Positions 37,316 to 46,412 of a DNA stretch of 64,000 bases are shown here, in pieces. Position 1 is the first letter of the stretch; each line of letters opens with the position of its first letter. Below the pieces are notes generated by a model. The model did no database searches. It saw only the letters and a program-made list of their open reading frames with translations, and was not told where the DNA came from. Position numbers and translations under genes: made by a program. The stretch is from a virus (taxonomy: Duplodnaviria; Heunggongvirae; Uroviricota; Caudoviricetes), in the IMG/VR virus record IMGVR_UViG_3300037510_000012, positions 21,267-85,266 of that record; one strand, 5' to 3'.

Positions 37316-37489
37316 ATGCAGTTTAAGCGTGGAGATAAGGTTATGACTGGTGATGGCCATGAGGGTAAGGTCATTGCTACAGACGCACGTCGTGGCCTGG
37401 TTGCTGTGAAGGTCGAGAAGCCTGGTACAGTTGGTCGTAACAAGGGTGACGAGATTAGTTATCGAGAGTCCGAGTTGCGAAAGCGCTAA
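37316..37489 (+). CDS. small KOW/SH3-like protein (57 aa)
   Basis: ATG 8 nt after GAGGGAG; the track ORF 37244 begins inside a tRNA. Confidence 0.45.
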   Translation: MQFKRGDKVMTGDGHEGKVIATDARRGLVAVKVEKPGTVGRNKGDEISYRESELRKR

Positions 37490-37529
37490 AAAACAGGTGG
37501 GGTTCGCCCCACCAAGCTTAGGAGGTAAA

Positions 37530-37730
37530 ATGGCTAGGAAGGTCAAAAACGGTACTCCCGTAAGAGTGCATGACCCAAGAAACTTGAACGCCTCTTATAG
37601 GAACCAGCTTGGAATTATCAAGGATAGCACGAAACTAATTGGCGGGGTTTGGTCATATAAGGTCAAGCTAAACAGTGGTCGTGAAGCCTGGTTTGATGAG
37701 GGAGAGCTAAGAGTTCTAAAGAATACATGA
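37530..37730 (+). CDS. small SH3-like protein
   Basis: ATG after hairpin-AAGCTT-AGGAGG. Confidence 0.45.
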   Translation: MARKVKNGTPVRVHDPRNLNASYRNQLGIIKDSTKLIGGVWSYKVKLNSGREAWFDEGELRVLKNT

Positions 37731-37915
37731 AACTACCACATTACATTAGTAGATTGTCATGGCACCAGGGAGACCGGGTTATCGTGGCAGTTGGACAGTT
37801 CAAGGGCAAGCATGGTACAGTAACCATGAGAGCTGAAAAGGGAAACTATCTAGTCCTTCTCGATGGAGAGAAGCGACCAAGGAAGTTCCTCAAGGGAGCA
37901 CTTGACCCAGAGTAG
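37727..37915 (+). CDS. small KOW-like protein
   Basis: ORF track. Confidence 0.45.
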   Translation: MKLPHYISRLSWHQGDRVIVAVGQFKGKHGTVTMRAEKGNYLVLLDGEKRPRKFLKGALDPE

Positions 37916-37929
37916 AAAGATGGTATAAG

Positions 37930-38094
37930 ATGCCTAGAGAAGATTTGGCAGCCCCAGGGATGCCACCTAAGGCACTACATCCTGTAGACTGTGAAAAGGG
38001 TGGAAAGCATAGGCCAACCACCAGAGAAATGAAGCAGGAAAACGGACAACACTTGAAGTACAATTACTGTACTAAGTGTCGTAAGATTCCGTGA
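37930..38094 (+). CDS. small zinc-finger protein (54 aa)
   Basis: Translated by eye. Confidence 0.35.
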   Translation: MPREDLAAPGMPPKALHPVDCEKGGKHRPTTREMKQENGQHLKYNYCTKCRKIP

Positions 38095-38119
38095 AATACC
38101 GCCCCGTAAGGGGCATCAA

Positions 38120-38191
38120 GCCGGTGTAGCTCAGTGGGAGAGCGTCTGCCTTACAAGCAGAGGGTCGGGAGTTCAATTCTCTTCGCCGGTA
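38120..38191 (+). tRNA. tRNA-Val(TAC)
   Basis: D GCTCAGTGGGAGAGC; anticodon arm TCTGC-CTTACAA-GCAGA; T GGGAG-TTCAATT-CTCTT. Confidence 0.85.
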
Positions 38192-38308
38192 CGTTCAGAG
38201 GAATGACAGCGCTGGATTTCCTCAGCTTTGAAATTCTGGATGCATACAGAACGATAGGTGAATCGCAGAGGACGATTGGGGGCTGCGTTAAAAAACATCC
38301 CAAGGCTT

Positions 38309-38382
38309 GGCCGCGTAGCCCAATGGCAGGAGGCGACTCTCTCAAAAAGAGTACAGTGTGGGTTCGAATCCCACCGTGGCTA
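38309..38382 (+). tRNA. tRNA with anticodon CAA on a class-I (short variable arm) body
   Basis: Acceptor GGCCGCG/CGTGGCT; anticodon arm ACTCT-CTCAAAA-AGAGT; T GTGGG-TTCGAAT-CCCAC; CAA reads the Leu codon UUG but there is no long variable arm. Confidence 0.55.
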
Positions 38383-38408
38383 CTTCCCGAAACAAAAAGG
38401 AGAAAATA

Positions 38409-38621
38409 ATGCAGTTTACCCAGGTTGATGAAGACGCTTACAATGTTCTCGTGAATCTTAACACGATTTCTCGAATCGGTGAAGCGTTCGATGCTCTTGT
38501 TGCTTCTGGCAATGCTGACGAGCGGGATGAGGCTCTTCGTAACTCCTTCAATGGTGCTTATGCGAAGTTGTCTGAGCCTGAGACTGATGTGGTTGACGAG
38601 TCCGATTCCGGACTTGAGTGA
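38409..38621 (+). CDS. hypothetical acidic protein
   Basis: RBS AAAAGGAGAAAATAATG. Confidence 0.5.
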   Translation: MQFTQVDEDAYNVLVNLNTISRIGEAFDALVASGNADERDEALRNSFNGAYAKLSEPETDVVDESDSGLE

Positions 38622-38625
38622 CCGT

Positions 38626-38649
38626 GCGGCCCTTCGGGGCCGCTAGCTT
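38626..38649 (+). repeat. hairpin-TAGCTT element (same stem-loop, variant tail)
   Basis: GCGGCCCTTCGGGGCCGCTAGCTTTTT. Confidence 0.7.
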
Positions 38650-38668
38650 TTTGAGAGAGGGTAGGATA

Positions 38669-38896
38669 ATGTCCAAATGGATTCAGCCTGGTAACAGGAT
38701 TATGGACAAGGCGTATTTGCGCCATGGTCGCGTGACATACACAGGTGAGCAGCTTGTACTTGCATTGCTGCTACACACGAAGGGTAAGACCCGAAGAGGT
38801 CAGAATGAGCTAGAGCAGGTTGCTAAGATGCTTGATGACCCTAATATTAATAGAAATCGAAAGAGAACACCCCGTAGGAAGCCTAAGGCAGCCTGA
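38669..38896 (+). CDS. hypothetical basic protein
   Basis: After the hairpin-TAGCTT; RBS GAGAGGGTAGG. Confidence 0.5.
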   Translation: MSKWIQPGNRIMDKAYLRHGRVTYTGEQLVLALLLHTKGKTRRGQNELEQVAKMLDDPNINRNRKRTPRRKPKAA

Positions 38897-38924
38897 CGGG
38901 GTTTTCCCGTTTAAGGAGATAAAC

Positions 38925-39278
38925 GTGGCACAAATCATTATCAATCGCTCTGAATCCCGTTGTGGTAGTTGTGGACAAGGAGCTTTCATGGAAGAAACGG
39001 GACATTATACAATTGCAGGATACAAGAACAATGGCCTACCTGGTTGCGGTGAGGCTTGGGATGGTGTAAGCTCTGACTATCTCAACATCCCCGCGATGCT
39101 TGCGGCTGGTAGTGAAGGCTACTGGTTCGCTGAGAATTTGCGTGGGCTTCCTGTTTATGATGCAGCACATGCAGAGCCGATTGGAGTTTATGGTGGCCCG
39201 TCAAGAAAGAATGCGGAAGTGTCAGCGTTGCGGCGTCAGGCGGATATCTCCGTTTCTCAAGACAACGACGTGCGGTAA
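38925..39278 (+). CDS. hypothetical protein
   Basis: GTG start 5 nt after AAGGAG. Confidence 0.5.
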   Translation: MAQIIINRSESRCGSCGQGAFMEETGHYTIAGYKNNGLPGCGEAWDGVSSDYLNIPAMLAAGSEGYWFAENLRGLPVYDAAHAEPIGVYGGPSRKNAEVSALRRQADISVSQDNDVR

Positions 39279-39298
39279 CTGTCAAGCACTAGAAATTA

Positions 39299-39481
39299 TT
39301 GAAGGGATTCGTAATGGCGGATTGGTACAAGGACCACAATGTGAGTCCGGACGCAGTGAGTGAAGAAGAGTATCGTGATTGGCTTGCTGTGAACGTGGGG
39401 GTTGAAGAGGCAGACCGTTTCTGGTATGGTATTGACGATGCAGAGTTCCTAGGGGATGATGATTATGGCCGGGCTTCCTAA
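39299..39481 (+). CDS. hypothetical acidic protein
   Basis: ORF track. Confidence 0.4.
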   Translation: MKGFVMADWYKDHNVSPDAVSEEEYRDWLAVNVGVEEADRFWYGIDDAEFLGDDDYGRAS

Positions 39482-39698
39482 GAAGATGTACTATGTGCTT
39501 ATCAAGCCTGGTGGTAAGCCTCTAAGATATGGTAGAAAGGGTGGTGGCTCATACACCCTTGAGAATAACGCTCGTGGTCAGTATGAACACTTGAAGTCTC
39601 AGGGTTGCAAGGTTGAGCTTTACACTACCGAAGTTGAGTGGAACATGCTAGAGTCCAATGTAAACGAACCAATTGAAGGGCAGGAGCCTCTATGGTAA
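39456..39698 (+). CDS. hypothetical protein
   Basis: ORF track. Confidence 0.45.
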   Translation: MMIMAGLPKKMYYVLIKPGGKPLRYGRKGGGSYTLENNARGQYEHLKSQGCKVELYTTEVEWNMLESNVNEPIEGQEPLW

Positions 39699-40168
39699 CG
39701 TATGTCAAGGGTGATGCAACTAAGCCTCAGGGTGATGGCAGGAAGATTATCGCCCATGTTTGTAATGACGAAGGTGGTTGGGGCGCGGGATTTGTCCTTG
39801 CTGTGGACAAGTTGTCTTCGCAGCCACGAATCAGTTATCGAATGGCTTATGACCACTGGACTAAGGAAGAGGGGTTGACTTTCATCCCACTTGGATGGAC
39901 TCAGCTTGATTATGTTGGCAATAACATTTACGTTGCCAATATGGTTGCTCAGCATCGTACAATCCGTAGTGTTGAGAAGCCAATTTGTTACAAGAGCCTT
40001 GAGGTATGCCTGGAAAAGGTTGCTAAGAGTGCAATTGCTCTTGATGCTACAGTACACATGCCTCGCATCGGATGTGGACTTGCAGGTGGCGACTGGAATG
40101 TGGTAGAGTCAATCATCAACCGAACCCTAACGCTGAGGGATGTTCATGTCACAGTCTACGACCTTTGA
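39692..40168 (+). CDS. macro-domain protein (ADP-ribose / Appr-1''-p processing)
   Basis: VKGDATKP...IIAHVCNDEGGWGAGF and C-terminal RIGCGLAGG resemble MacroD/YmdB GDIT...NAAN..GGGGV and ISTGVYG. Confidence 0.7.
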   Translation: MVTYVKGDATKPQGDGRKIIAHVCNDEGGWGAGFVLAVDKLSSQPRISYRMAYDHWTKEEGLTFIPLGWTQLDYVGNNIYVANMVAQHRTIRSVEKPICYKSLEVCLEKVAKSAIALDATVHMPRIGCGLAGGDWNVVESIINRTLTLRDVHVTVYDL

Positions 40169-40379
40169 GCAGATTCCATTGTTTGACGTTGACGAAATTC
40201 CATGGGGATATTGCTATGACTGCTATCTCAAGGTGGAATTTGACATCAACCACAGACTTCCATGGTGTTCAAATTGCAGCAAGGAAGTTCATTCATATGA
40301 TTGGACAACGACTGCAAAGTTCAAGCCAATTCGTATCTCACCATCACAAGTGTTGAAGTCTAACACTGTACCCTGGTAA
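40140..40379 (+). CDS. zinc-finger protein
   Basis: CYDC...CSNC. Confidence 0.45.
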   Translation: MFMSQSTTFEQIPLFDVDEIPWGYCYDCYLKVEFDINHRLPWCSNCSKEVHSYDWTTTAKFKPIRISPSQVLKSNTVPW

Positions 40380-40444
40380 TCAGGGCGGGGTTCATAAAGA
40401 GCCCCGCAAGCTTCATTGGTTCGAAAACAAAGGAGATATAACCA

Positions 40445-42370
40445 ATGCGACCTAATGCAAATGTGGCTGAACGCAAGGGTGACCTTGGTGGCCAGAAGAT
40501 TGCAATGACGTTCGACCAGAATAGTCTTGCACATCTTATGTCGGTTATGACTGACCTGTATTCTGACCCTGAGCTTGCGGTAATTCGTGAGTACAGCACA
40601 AATGCGTGGGATTCCCACAAGGCTGCTGGGGTTACTCGTCCTATTGAGGTTACGCTCCCTAATGGTCTTTCTCCTTACTTCAAGGTCAAGGATTACGGCC
40701 TTGGTATGGATATTGACGACATTGAGAATATCTATTCTCAGTATGGTGCGTCAACGAAGCGTGACACTGATGACCAGGTTGGTATGCTTGGTCTTGGTTG
40801 TAAGTCTGCGCTGTCTTATACTTCCCAATTCACGCTTATTGCTGTGAAGGATGGAATGAAGTATAATGTAGCTATTAGCCGTACAGAGAATGGCTCCGGA
40901 GTCATGGAGGTTGTTCTTGCAACCGAGACTGACGAAGAGAATGGCGTTGAAATTGTCATTCCGGCTAAGCGTGGTAACAACTTTGCACACAAGGCAAATG
41001 AATTCTACCAGTTCTGGGAGAAGGGCAGTGTGCTTATTGATGGTGAAGAGCCTAAGTACATTTCTGGCCGGGAGGTCAAGAATGGAATTATGATGGTCTC
41101 TGACCTTTCCAAGGATTATCTTATCATGGGTAACGTCGGTTATCCTCTTGATGAGCGTCACCAGATTGGTGAGCGCAATTACTATTCCCGCTATGGCGTA
41201 GTGGCGCGGGTTGACATTGGAGACGTGAACTTTACGCCTTCTCGTGAATCCCTGCATTACACTAAGCGTACTGAGGACACAATCAATCGAATTCGGACTG
41301 AATTCAAGGCGGGTCTCGATGGTATTGTTGAGCGAGACGTTACGGCATGTGCAACTCAGGAAGAGGCTCTTACGACTTACCTTGAGTGGTACAATCTTCT
41401 TGGTGGTGGTTACAGCCGTTACAAGTTCCCTGAGGTTGAGTACCGGGGTAAGAAGGTTCCGATGAACATTCAGCACCCGTTCCTCTCCTACAAGGTGAAC
41501 CACACGCGGTATGCAGTTGATTCACACAACTGGATTGATATTAAGACTGCTCGTGATACCCCCATCATTTATGGGTTCGCTGGTGAAAAGATTAGCGGCC
41601 ATCAGCGTGAGAAGATGCGTACTTGGCGCACGCTCAATGGATTCACTTCTAGCAACATCCTGATTTGTGATGAACTGCCGGATGTTCTTGAAGAGGATTG
41701 GATTCCTGAGAGCAAGGTATATTCTTGGGAGGATGTTAAGACTGCTAAGGTTCCGGGACAGAAGTCTGGTCGTCCTGCTGCTGTTTACGATGTTTACCTT
41801 CCTGGTTCTACTCGTATCAAGCAGGTAAAGGCTGACGAATTCCCTGACGACGTTGAGATTGCCCTTGTGGCTCCGCGAGATGTTCCTAATTTCCGGACCG
41901 TTAAGGCTTTCCTTGAGGAGAAGACGGATGTTATGATTGTTCGACTTCAGCAGTACCGATGGGAAAAGTTCCGCAGGACATATCCTGACGCTAAGGACCT
42001 TACGTCATTCTTCAAGGAGATGTACGAGAGCGCAGTAAAGGGCCTTACCGATGAGGACAAGTTCAACCTTGGCCTTGACTATCGTGTCCGCAATCTGCTA
42101 CAGTCTCTTAATGAGACGGAGATTGAAGACCCGGAACTTGTAAAGGCTATCATTGCTGCAAAGCAGGTCAAGCCTAGTGATACTCTCAAGCGATATGAGG
42201 AAATGAAGGAAACCTATGGTACCTTTAACTTCGCTCGATATGGTCAGGCTGAAATTGACCGGGTTAACCCGCTTGAGCAGTACGTTCTTCTGAAGTACCA
42301 TTACTACGACATGGATGTTACGCACGCTACGGTTTATATCAATGCAGCGTACCACGCTTTCGTAAAGTGA
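40445..42370 (+). CDS. Hsp90/MORC-like GHKL ATPase
   Basis: Bergerat motifs: REYSTNAWDS (Hsp90 ELISNASDA), YGLGMD (DxGxGM), GMLGLG (GxxGxG). Confidence 0.7.
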   Translation: MRPNANVAERKGDLGGQKIAMTFDQNSLAHLMSVMTDLYSDPELAVIREYSTNAWDSHKAAGVTRPIEVTLPNGLSPYFKVKDYGLGMDIDDIENIYSQYGASTKRDTDDQVGMLGLGCKSALSYTSQFTLIAVKDGMKYNVAISRTENGSGVMEVVLATETDEENGVEIVIPAKRGNNFAHKANEFYQFWEKGSVLIDGEEPKYISGREVKNGIMMVSDLSKDYLIMGNVGYPLDERHQIGERNYYSRYGVVARVDIGDVNFTPSRESLHYTKRTEDTINRIRTEFKAGLDGIVERDVTACATQEEALTTYLEWYNLLGGGYSRYKFPEVEYRGKKVPMNIQHPFLSYKVNHTRYAVDSHNWIDIKTARDTPIIYGFAGEKISGHQREKMRTWRTLNGFTSSNILICDELPDVLEEDWIPESKVYSWEDVKTAKVPGQKSGRPAAVYDVYLPGSTRIKQVKADEFPDDVEIALVAPRDVPNFRTVKAFLEEKTDVMIVRLQQYRWEKFRRTYPDAKDLTSFFKEMYESAVKGLTDEDKFNLGLDYRVRNLLQSLNETEIEDPELVKAIIAAKQVKPSDTLKRYEEMKETYGTFNFARYGQAEIDRVNPLEQYVLLKYHYYDMDVTHATVYINAAYHAFVK

Positions 42371-42430
42371 TTGGTCGGCCCCGAAAGGGGCCAAGCTCCG
42401 GAAATGTCTAATATTAGGAGATAAAACAAA

Positions 42431-43438
42431 ATGAAGTATAATCTCGTTCAGGTTGAAGATGGCGGAGAGGCAAACCTTACCGTTGTCCACGATGGAGAGA
42501 TGTATGTGGCCACTGACACTCACCCTAATTTCGAGCGAATTGTCGCGGGTGTTGTCGCCGGAGATGAAAGTGTAGTTGAACTGTTTGATGTTCAGAAGAC
42601 TGCACAGAAGCGATTCGACAGGCTTTCCGAGCGTGTCACTGTTTCAAATGGTAAGGTCTACCTTGATGGTGAAGAGGTTGACAATGCACTTACCCAGCAG
42701 GTTATCAACTTTGTGAATAACGGAGTTGAGGACTTTAAGCCTCTCGTTGCTTTCTTCGAGAAGGTTGAGACTAACCCGAATTCTCACAGCCGAGTTCAGC
42801 TTTACGCTTGGCTTCGTGACCGTAACATTACCCTTACTGAGGATGGAAACTTCATCGCTTACAAGGGTGTGAAGGTCGAGAATGGCGAGTATTTCAGCAT
42901 TTCCACTGGAAAGGCAATTTCCAATGGTGTTGAGTACAATGGTGCAATTCCTAACCCGCTCGGTGCGATTGTTGAGATGCCTCGCTCTGAGGTTCAGCAC
43001 GACCCTAGCGTTGGGTGCCACACCGGTCTCCATGCTGGTACGTGGAATTACGCCAGTGGTTTTGCGCGGGGTGCGGTTCTGACCGTAGAGATTAATCCGC
43101 GTGACGTTGTTTCCGTTCCTACGGACTGTGATGCGCAGAAGTTGCGTGTCTGTCGCTACGTGGTTAAGGACGTGACTGAGACTGAGCTTGACACTCCGGT
43201 CTACAGCACTTACCCTGACCTTGATGGTTACGAGGATGAGGAGTACGACGACTACGGCTACGATTATGACGAGCCGGATGTTGACACAGACGAGCCTGTT
43301 GAGGTAGAGTCTGAGGACAAGGAAGGAACCGAGTCCACCGGTGTTGTAACTGCGGATGTTTCTAGCGCAATTACGTGGCGTCCTGTGGAGTCCACTTGGG
43401 CTCCGGAAGACCCCGATGCACCTTGGAACCGAGTCTAA
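42431..43438 (+). CDS. hypothetical protein with a long acidic C-terminal tail
   Basis: ORF track; follows the GHKL ATPase gene. Confidence 0.55.
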   Translation: MKYNLVQVEDGGEANLTVVHDGEMYVATDTHPNFERIVAGVVAGDESVVELFDVQKTAQKRFDRLSERVTVSNGKVYLDGEEVDNALTQQVINFVNNGVEDFKPLVAFFEKVETNPNSHSRVQLYAWLRDRNITLTEDGNFIAYKGVKVENGEYFSISTGKAISNGVEYNGAIPNPLGAIVEMPRSEVQHDPSVGCHTGLHAGTWNYASGFARGAVLTVEINPRDVVSVPTDCDAQKLRVCRYVVKDVTETELDTPVYSTYPDLDGYEDEEYDDYGYDYDEPDVDTDEPVEVESEDKEGTESTGVVTADVSSAITWRPVESTWAPEDPDAPWNRV

Positions 43439-43479
43439 TCGGTTCGCCCCTTCGGGGGCAAGCTTACTAAGGAGGAACA

Positions 43480-43638
43480 ATGACGGTAGCGGAATTGATT
43501 GCGAAGTTGCAGACGTATCAGAACCAGGATGCTATGGTTAAGGTCTTGGTTGACGACGGATGTGGTTGTTGTTCGAGTGGGGGAACTTACGAGGACATTG
43601 ATGTTGATGTAGTTGATGGAGAAATCCGAATCTCGTGA
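43480..43638 (+). CDS. small hypothetical protein (52 aa)
   Basis: AGGAGGAACAATG after a hairpin-AAGCTT. Confidence 0.4.
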   Translation: MTVAELIAKLQTYQNQDAMVKVLVDDGCGCCSSGGTYEDIDVDVVDGEIRIS

Positions 43639-43685
43639 TACACTAGCCTCTCCGGAGGCAAGCTTCCTAACGAAAGGAGATATTA

Positions 43686-44462
43686 ATGTCCAAGATTATG
43701 ATTCTGGGCGACGTTCACGGTGAGACAAAGTGGCTGGTGAACATGATTAACAAGGCCAGTCGAATGGGCGTCAAGAAGATTCTCCAGGTTGGAGATTTCG
43801 GAATCTGGACTCATGAGGCTGAGGGACACCGGTTCCTTGACCGCGCAAATGAGGAGCTTCGTAAGCATGGCATTAAGCTCTATTTCGTTGGCGGCAATCA
43901 TGAGAACTGGGACCACCTGAATTGGCACGAGAAGAATGGTGCTAAGGACTGGAATGGTCACACATTTATTCGGTCTCACATTCTTTACACTGGTCGGGTG
44001 AATCGCTGGACCTGGGGTGAGAAGGGTGAGGAGAAGGTCTTTCAGGCTGTTGGTGGTGCCTTTTCAATTGACCGGCGTCGGCGGGTTGTTGGAAAGACTC
44101 TCTGGCTTGATGAGGAGATTCCTGACCGGGTTGTTTATGGTCTGGAGAAGGCTGGTCGGAAGTGTGATTACCTTTTCACGCATGATGGTCCTAGCTGTCT
44201 TCCATTCGCAAATCTGAAGCCTGATATCGACTCTGATATGCACCGGCAGAAGATGGACCGAATTGGGCGGGCTACTCGGCCTAATCTTTGGTTCCACGGT
44301 CACTATCACAAGTGGATGGAGTACAGCTTTATGCACCAGGAGGGTTATTCCTTCGTGTATGGGCTTGACCGGGACTATCAGTTCTACTCTTACGCCATTC
44401 TTGATACTGCATCTGGTGACGTTGAGACTGCAACTGGTAAGATTATCGAGCACGGAAACTGA
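43686..44462 (+). CDS. calcineurin-like metallophosphoesterase (lambda-PPase/Pnkp-phosphatase type)
   Basis: GDVHG; GDFG; GGNHE motifs. Confidence 0.75.
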   Translation: MSKIMILGDVHGETKWLVNMINKASRMGVKKILQVGDFGIWTHEAEGHRFLDRANEELRKHGIKLYFVGGNHENWDHLNWHEKNGAKDWNGHTFIRSHILYTGRVNRWTWGEKGEEKVFQAVGGAFSIDRRRRVVGKTLWLDEEIPDRVVYGLEKAGRKCDYLFTHDGPSCLPFANLKPDIDSDMHRQKMDRIGRATRPNLWFHGHYHKWMEYSFMHQEGYSFVYGLDRDYQFYSYAILDTASGDVETATGKIIEHGN

Positions 44463-44548
44463 GATTTGCCATTTGAATAGTTATCCAATACAATGAAATG
44501 TATGGAGGTTAGTCCTCCGATAGATTTTTGAGGAGGTGTACTATTCAA

Positions 44549-44983
44549 ATGGCAAATGAAGAGAAGAACGAGTCACGCATTCTTTCAGCCGATGAGCGCG
44601 CTGCTGCTCTGAAGGAGTCTGACGCTAAGGCTGCAAAGGCAGACTACAAGCCTGTTACGGCTGTTGACGCTGTTGAGCCACACGGCCCACACGGTGTTGA
44701 GGAGGCTGCCGCTAAGCGTGCGAAGGACGCTGGTGTGACTGACCCTGCATTCGTTAATTACGCAGAGGCTCTAGAAAACTACCAGGCTCGTCCAGACGTT
44801 GAGCCACTAGACGAGCGTCGCGCTCGTGAGGGTGGACGTGATTTCCAGGCTGCATCTTTCCGCCGTGAAATTGGTGGAACGGACAACTCTGGAGTTACGA
44901 CTTCTGAGGATGTATCAACCGATTCAGGTGATGACAAGACAGCTAACAAGACTGCTGCTGTCCGTAAGCCTGCTGGTAAGTAA
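44549..44983 (+). CDS. hypothetical acidic Ala-rich protein
   Basis: ATG after GAGGAGG. Confidence 0.5.
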   Translation: MANEEKNESRILSADERAAALKESDAKAAKADYKPVTAVDAVEPHGPHGVEEAAAKRAKDAGVTDPAFVNYAEALENYQARPDVEPLDERRAREGGRDFQAASFRREIGGTDNSGVTTSEDVSTDSGDDKTANKTAAVRKPAGK

Positions 44984-45011
44984 GGTTTATTCTTTGTGGC
45001 GAAACCCGGTG

Positions 45012-45041
45012 TTGACAAAGCACCGGGTTTTTGCTTATACT
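45012..45041 (+). promoter_or_regulatory. promoter TTGACA-N18-TATACT upstream of tRNA-Lys, embedded in a terminator hairpin
   Basis: CCCGGTG-TTGACAAAG-CACCGGGTTTTT hairpin plus TATACT. Confidence 0.5.
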
Positions 45042-45052
45042 ATAACAACAAC

Positions 45053-45125
45053 GATTCCTTAGCTCAGTTGGTAGAGCAGCGGACTTTTAATCCGAAGCGC
45101 GTCAGTTCGAGTCTGACAGGAATCA
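45053..45125 (+). tRNA. tRNA-Lys(TTT)
   Basis: Acceptor GATTCCT/AGGAATC 7/7; loop CTTTTAA; T GTCAG-TTCGAGT-CTGAC. Confidence 0.8.
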
Positions 45126-45195
45126 CTATTGACACTCAGTTGTCAATCATGTTAAGATGTTTGTATAATGCAACTTAAGCGAAAGGTAAGGACTA

Positions 45196-45429
45196 ATGCC
45201 TAATCTCGATTACAAGGCAGCGCACCGATTTGTGCGGGAGCAGCGTCGGAATGGAAATGACGTTCGTTGGGAAGGCTGGGATATGGTATTCTGGAAGCCT
45301 ACTCGACATGGATTCACCAGCATTAACGGAGCGTTCAAGAACGGCCGTTGGGGTGTTGAGTCTCGAATTTCCGTCAATTCTGACGGGGTGTGGATGGTCC
45401 CGAATAAGAATGTCAAGTCTACTCGATGA
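45196..45429 (+). CDS. hypothetical protein
   Basis: ORF track. Confidence 0.4.
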   Translation: MPNLDYKAAHRFVREQRRNGNDVRWEGWDMVFWKPTRHGFTSINGAFKNGRWGVESRISVNSDGVWMVPNKNVKSTR

Positions 45430-45718
45430 ACTAGGACTAGACCCCGAAGATTTCCAGTGGCAAGACTTGGCTCTGTGCTCCAATATGCCAACATCTTTCT
45501 TCTATGATTCGTATGAGTCAGACCAAGAAACGGCAAAGGCAACAGACCAAGTCTGCCTTCATTGTCCAGTAATAAAGCAATGCTTTTTTGCCGGGTCAGA
45601 TGGAGAACACGGAGTTTGGGGTGGGGTTTACTGGAATGGTGCAGGTAAGCCCGATAAGAACAGAAATGCACATAAAACTGAACAGGTTTGGGTTGAAATC
45701 AGGAGCAAGGTCGAATGA
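45410..45718 (+). CDS. whiB: WhiB-like Fe-S transcription factor
   Basis: Four Cys (C..C.....C....C) and the G[VI]WGG motif (GVWGGV) diagnostic of actinobacterial WhiB. Confidence 0.7.
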   Translation: MSSLLDELGLDPEDFQWQDLALCSNMPTSFFYDSYESDQETAKATDQVCLHCPVIKQCFFAGSDGEHGVWGGVYWNGAGKPDKNRNAHKTEQVWVEIRSKVE

Positions 45719-45975
45719 GTCTATATACGAATAACGTACAGAAAATCTTTAAGACCATGAAGGCTCCGTATCCAAATTTCGTCGTGGATATTGTAGAATA
45801 TCATGACTACCTTGCACTGAGAGTTTACAAGGATAATATCGAATCGTTCAGCGACAATCATAAGATTGCACTCGCTGAATATCTCTATCAACTTAGAGAT
45901 GCAATTAGGTCCGAATGTAAATGCCACATTGAAGGAGTCGAAAATGCACCACCGTCTAGAGGAAGACCGCAATAG
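45715..45975 (+). CDS. hypothetical protein
   Basis: ORF track. Confidence 0.45.
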   Translation: MSLYTNNVQKIFKTMKAPYPNFVVDIVEYHDYLALRVYKDNIESFSDNHKIALAEYLYQLRDAIRSECKCHIEGVENAPPSRGRPQ

Positions 45976-46141
45976 TTATCCTCTTATTTACATCATTGAA
46001 GAGCGAGTGTGGGGGTTTCTCGTCCAAGAGAATGCCTACTTTTCCGAAGTGAAGTATAGCATTGGCGGTATTGAATATAATACTTGTCTGGAGAATGATG
46101 AATTCTTTATTCCAGACCAGATTGGATATGAGAAGGGTTAA
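45944..46141 (+). CDS. hypothetical protein
   Basis: Internal ATG 6 nt after GAAGGAG. Confidence 0.4.
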   Translation: MHHRLEEDRNSYPLIYIIEERVWGFLVQENAYFSEVKYSIGGIEYNTCLENDEFFIPDQIGYEKG

Positions 46142-46380
46142 TGAGCCAAGCGGAATGCAGTTCATGCGGGAAGCAGCACAATGACCTGAGAGCATATAAG
46201 TCGAAGTTGCTACTAGGTACAACTTTTCTTATGTGTCCACATTGCCGAGCCGGAAAGATGGAGCCGAGATTTGCCATCATTCTTGCTGGCAGGGCTCAGG
46301 GTGTTGATTCCGTAGTTGAGTATGTCAAGAATAGACGCTATTGCGGCAATGAGATTCTTGCCAAGGAATTGATGGTTTAA
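46141..46380 (+). CDS. zinc-ribbon protein
   Basis: CSSCG...CPHC. Confidence 0.5.
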   Translation: MSQAECSSCGKQHNDLRAYKSKLLLGTTFLMCPHCRAGKMEPRFAIILAGRAQGVDSVVEYVKNRRYCGNEILAKELMV

Positions 46381-46412
46381 CAACTAAAAACGGGCGGGTT
46401 TAGACCCGCTAC

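Noticed and set aside
40751-43480. Minus-strand ORFs of 250 and 278 aa
   Set aside because: Antisense to the GHKL ATPase and its partner
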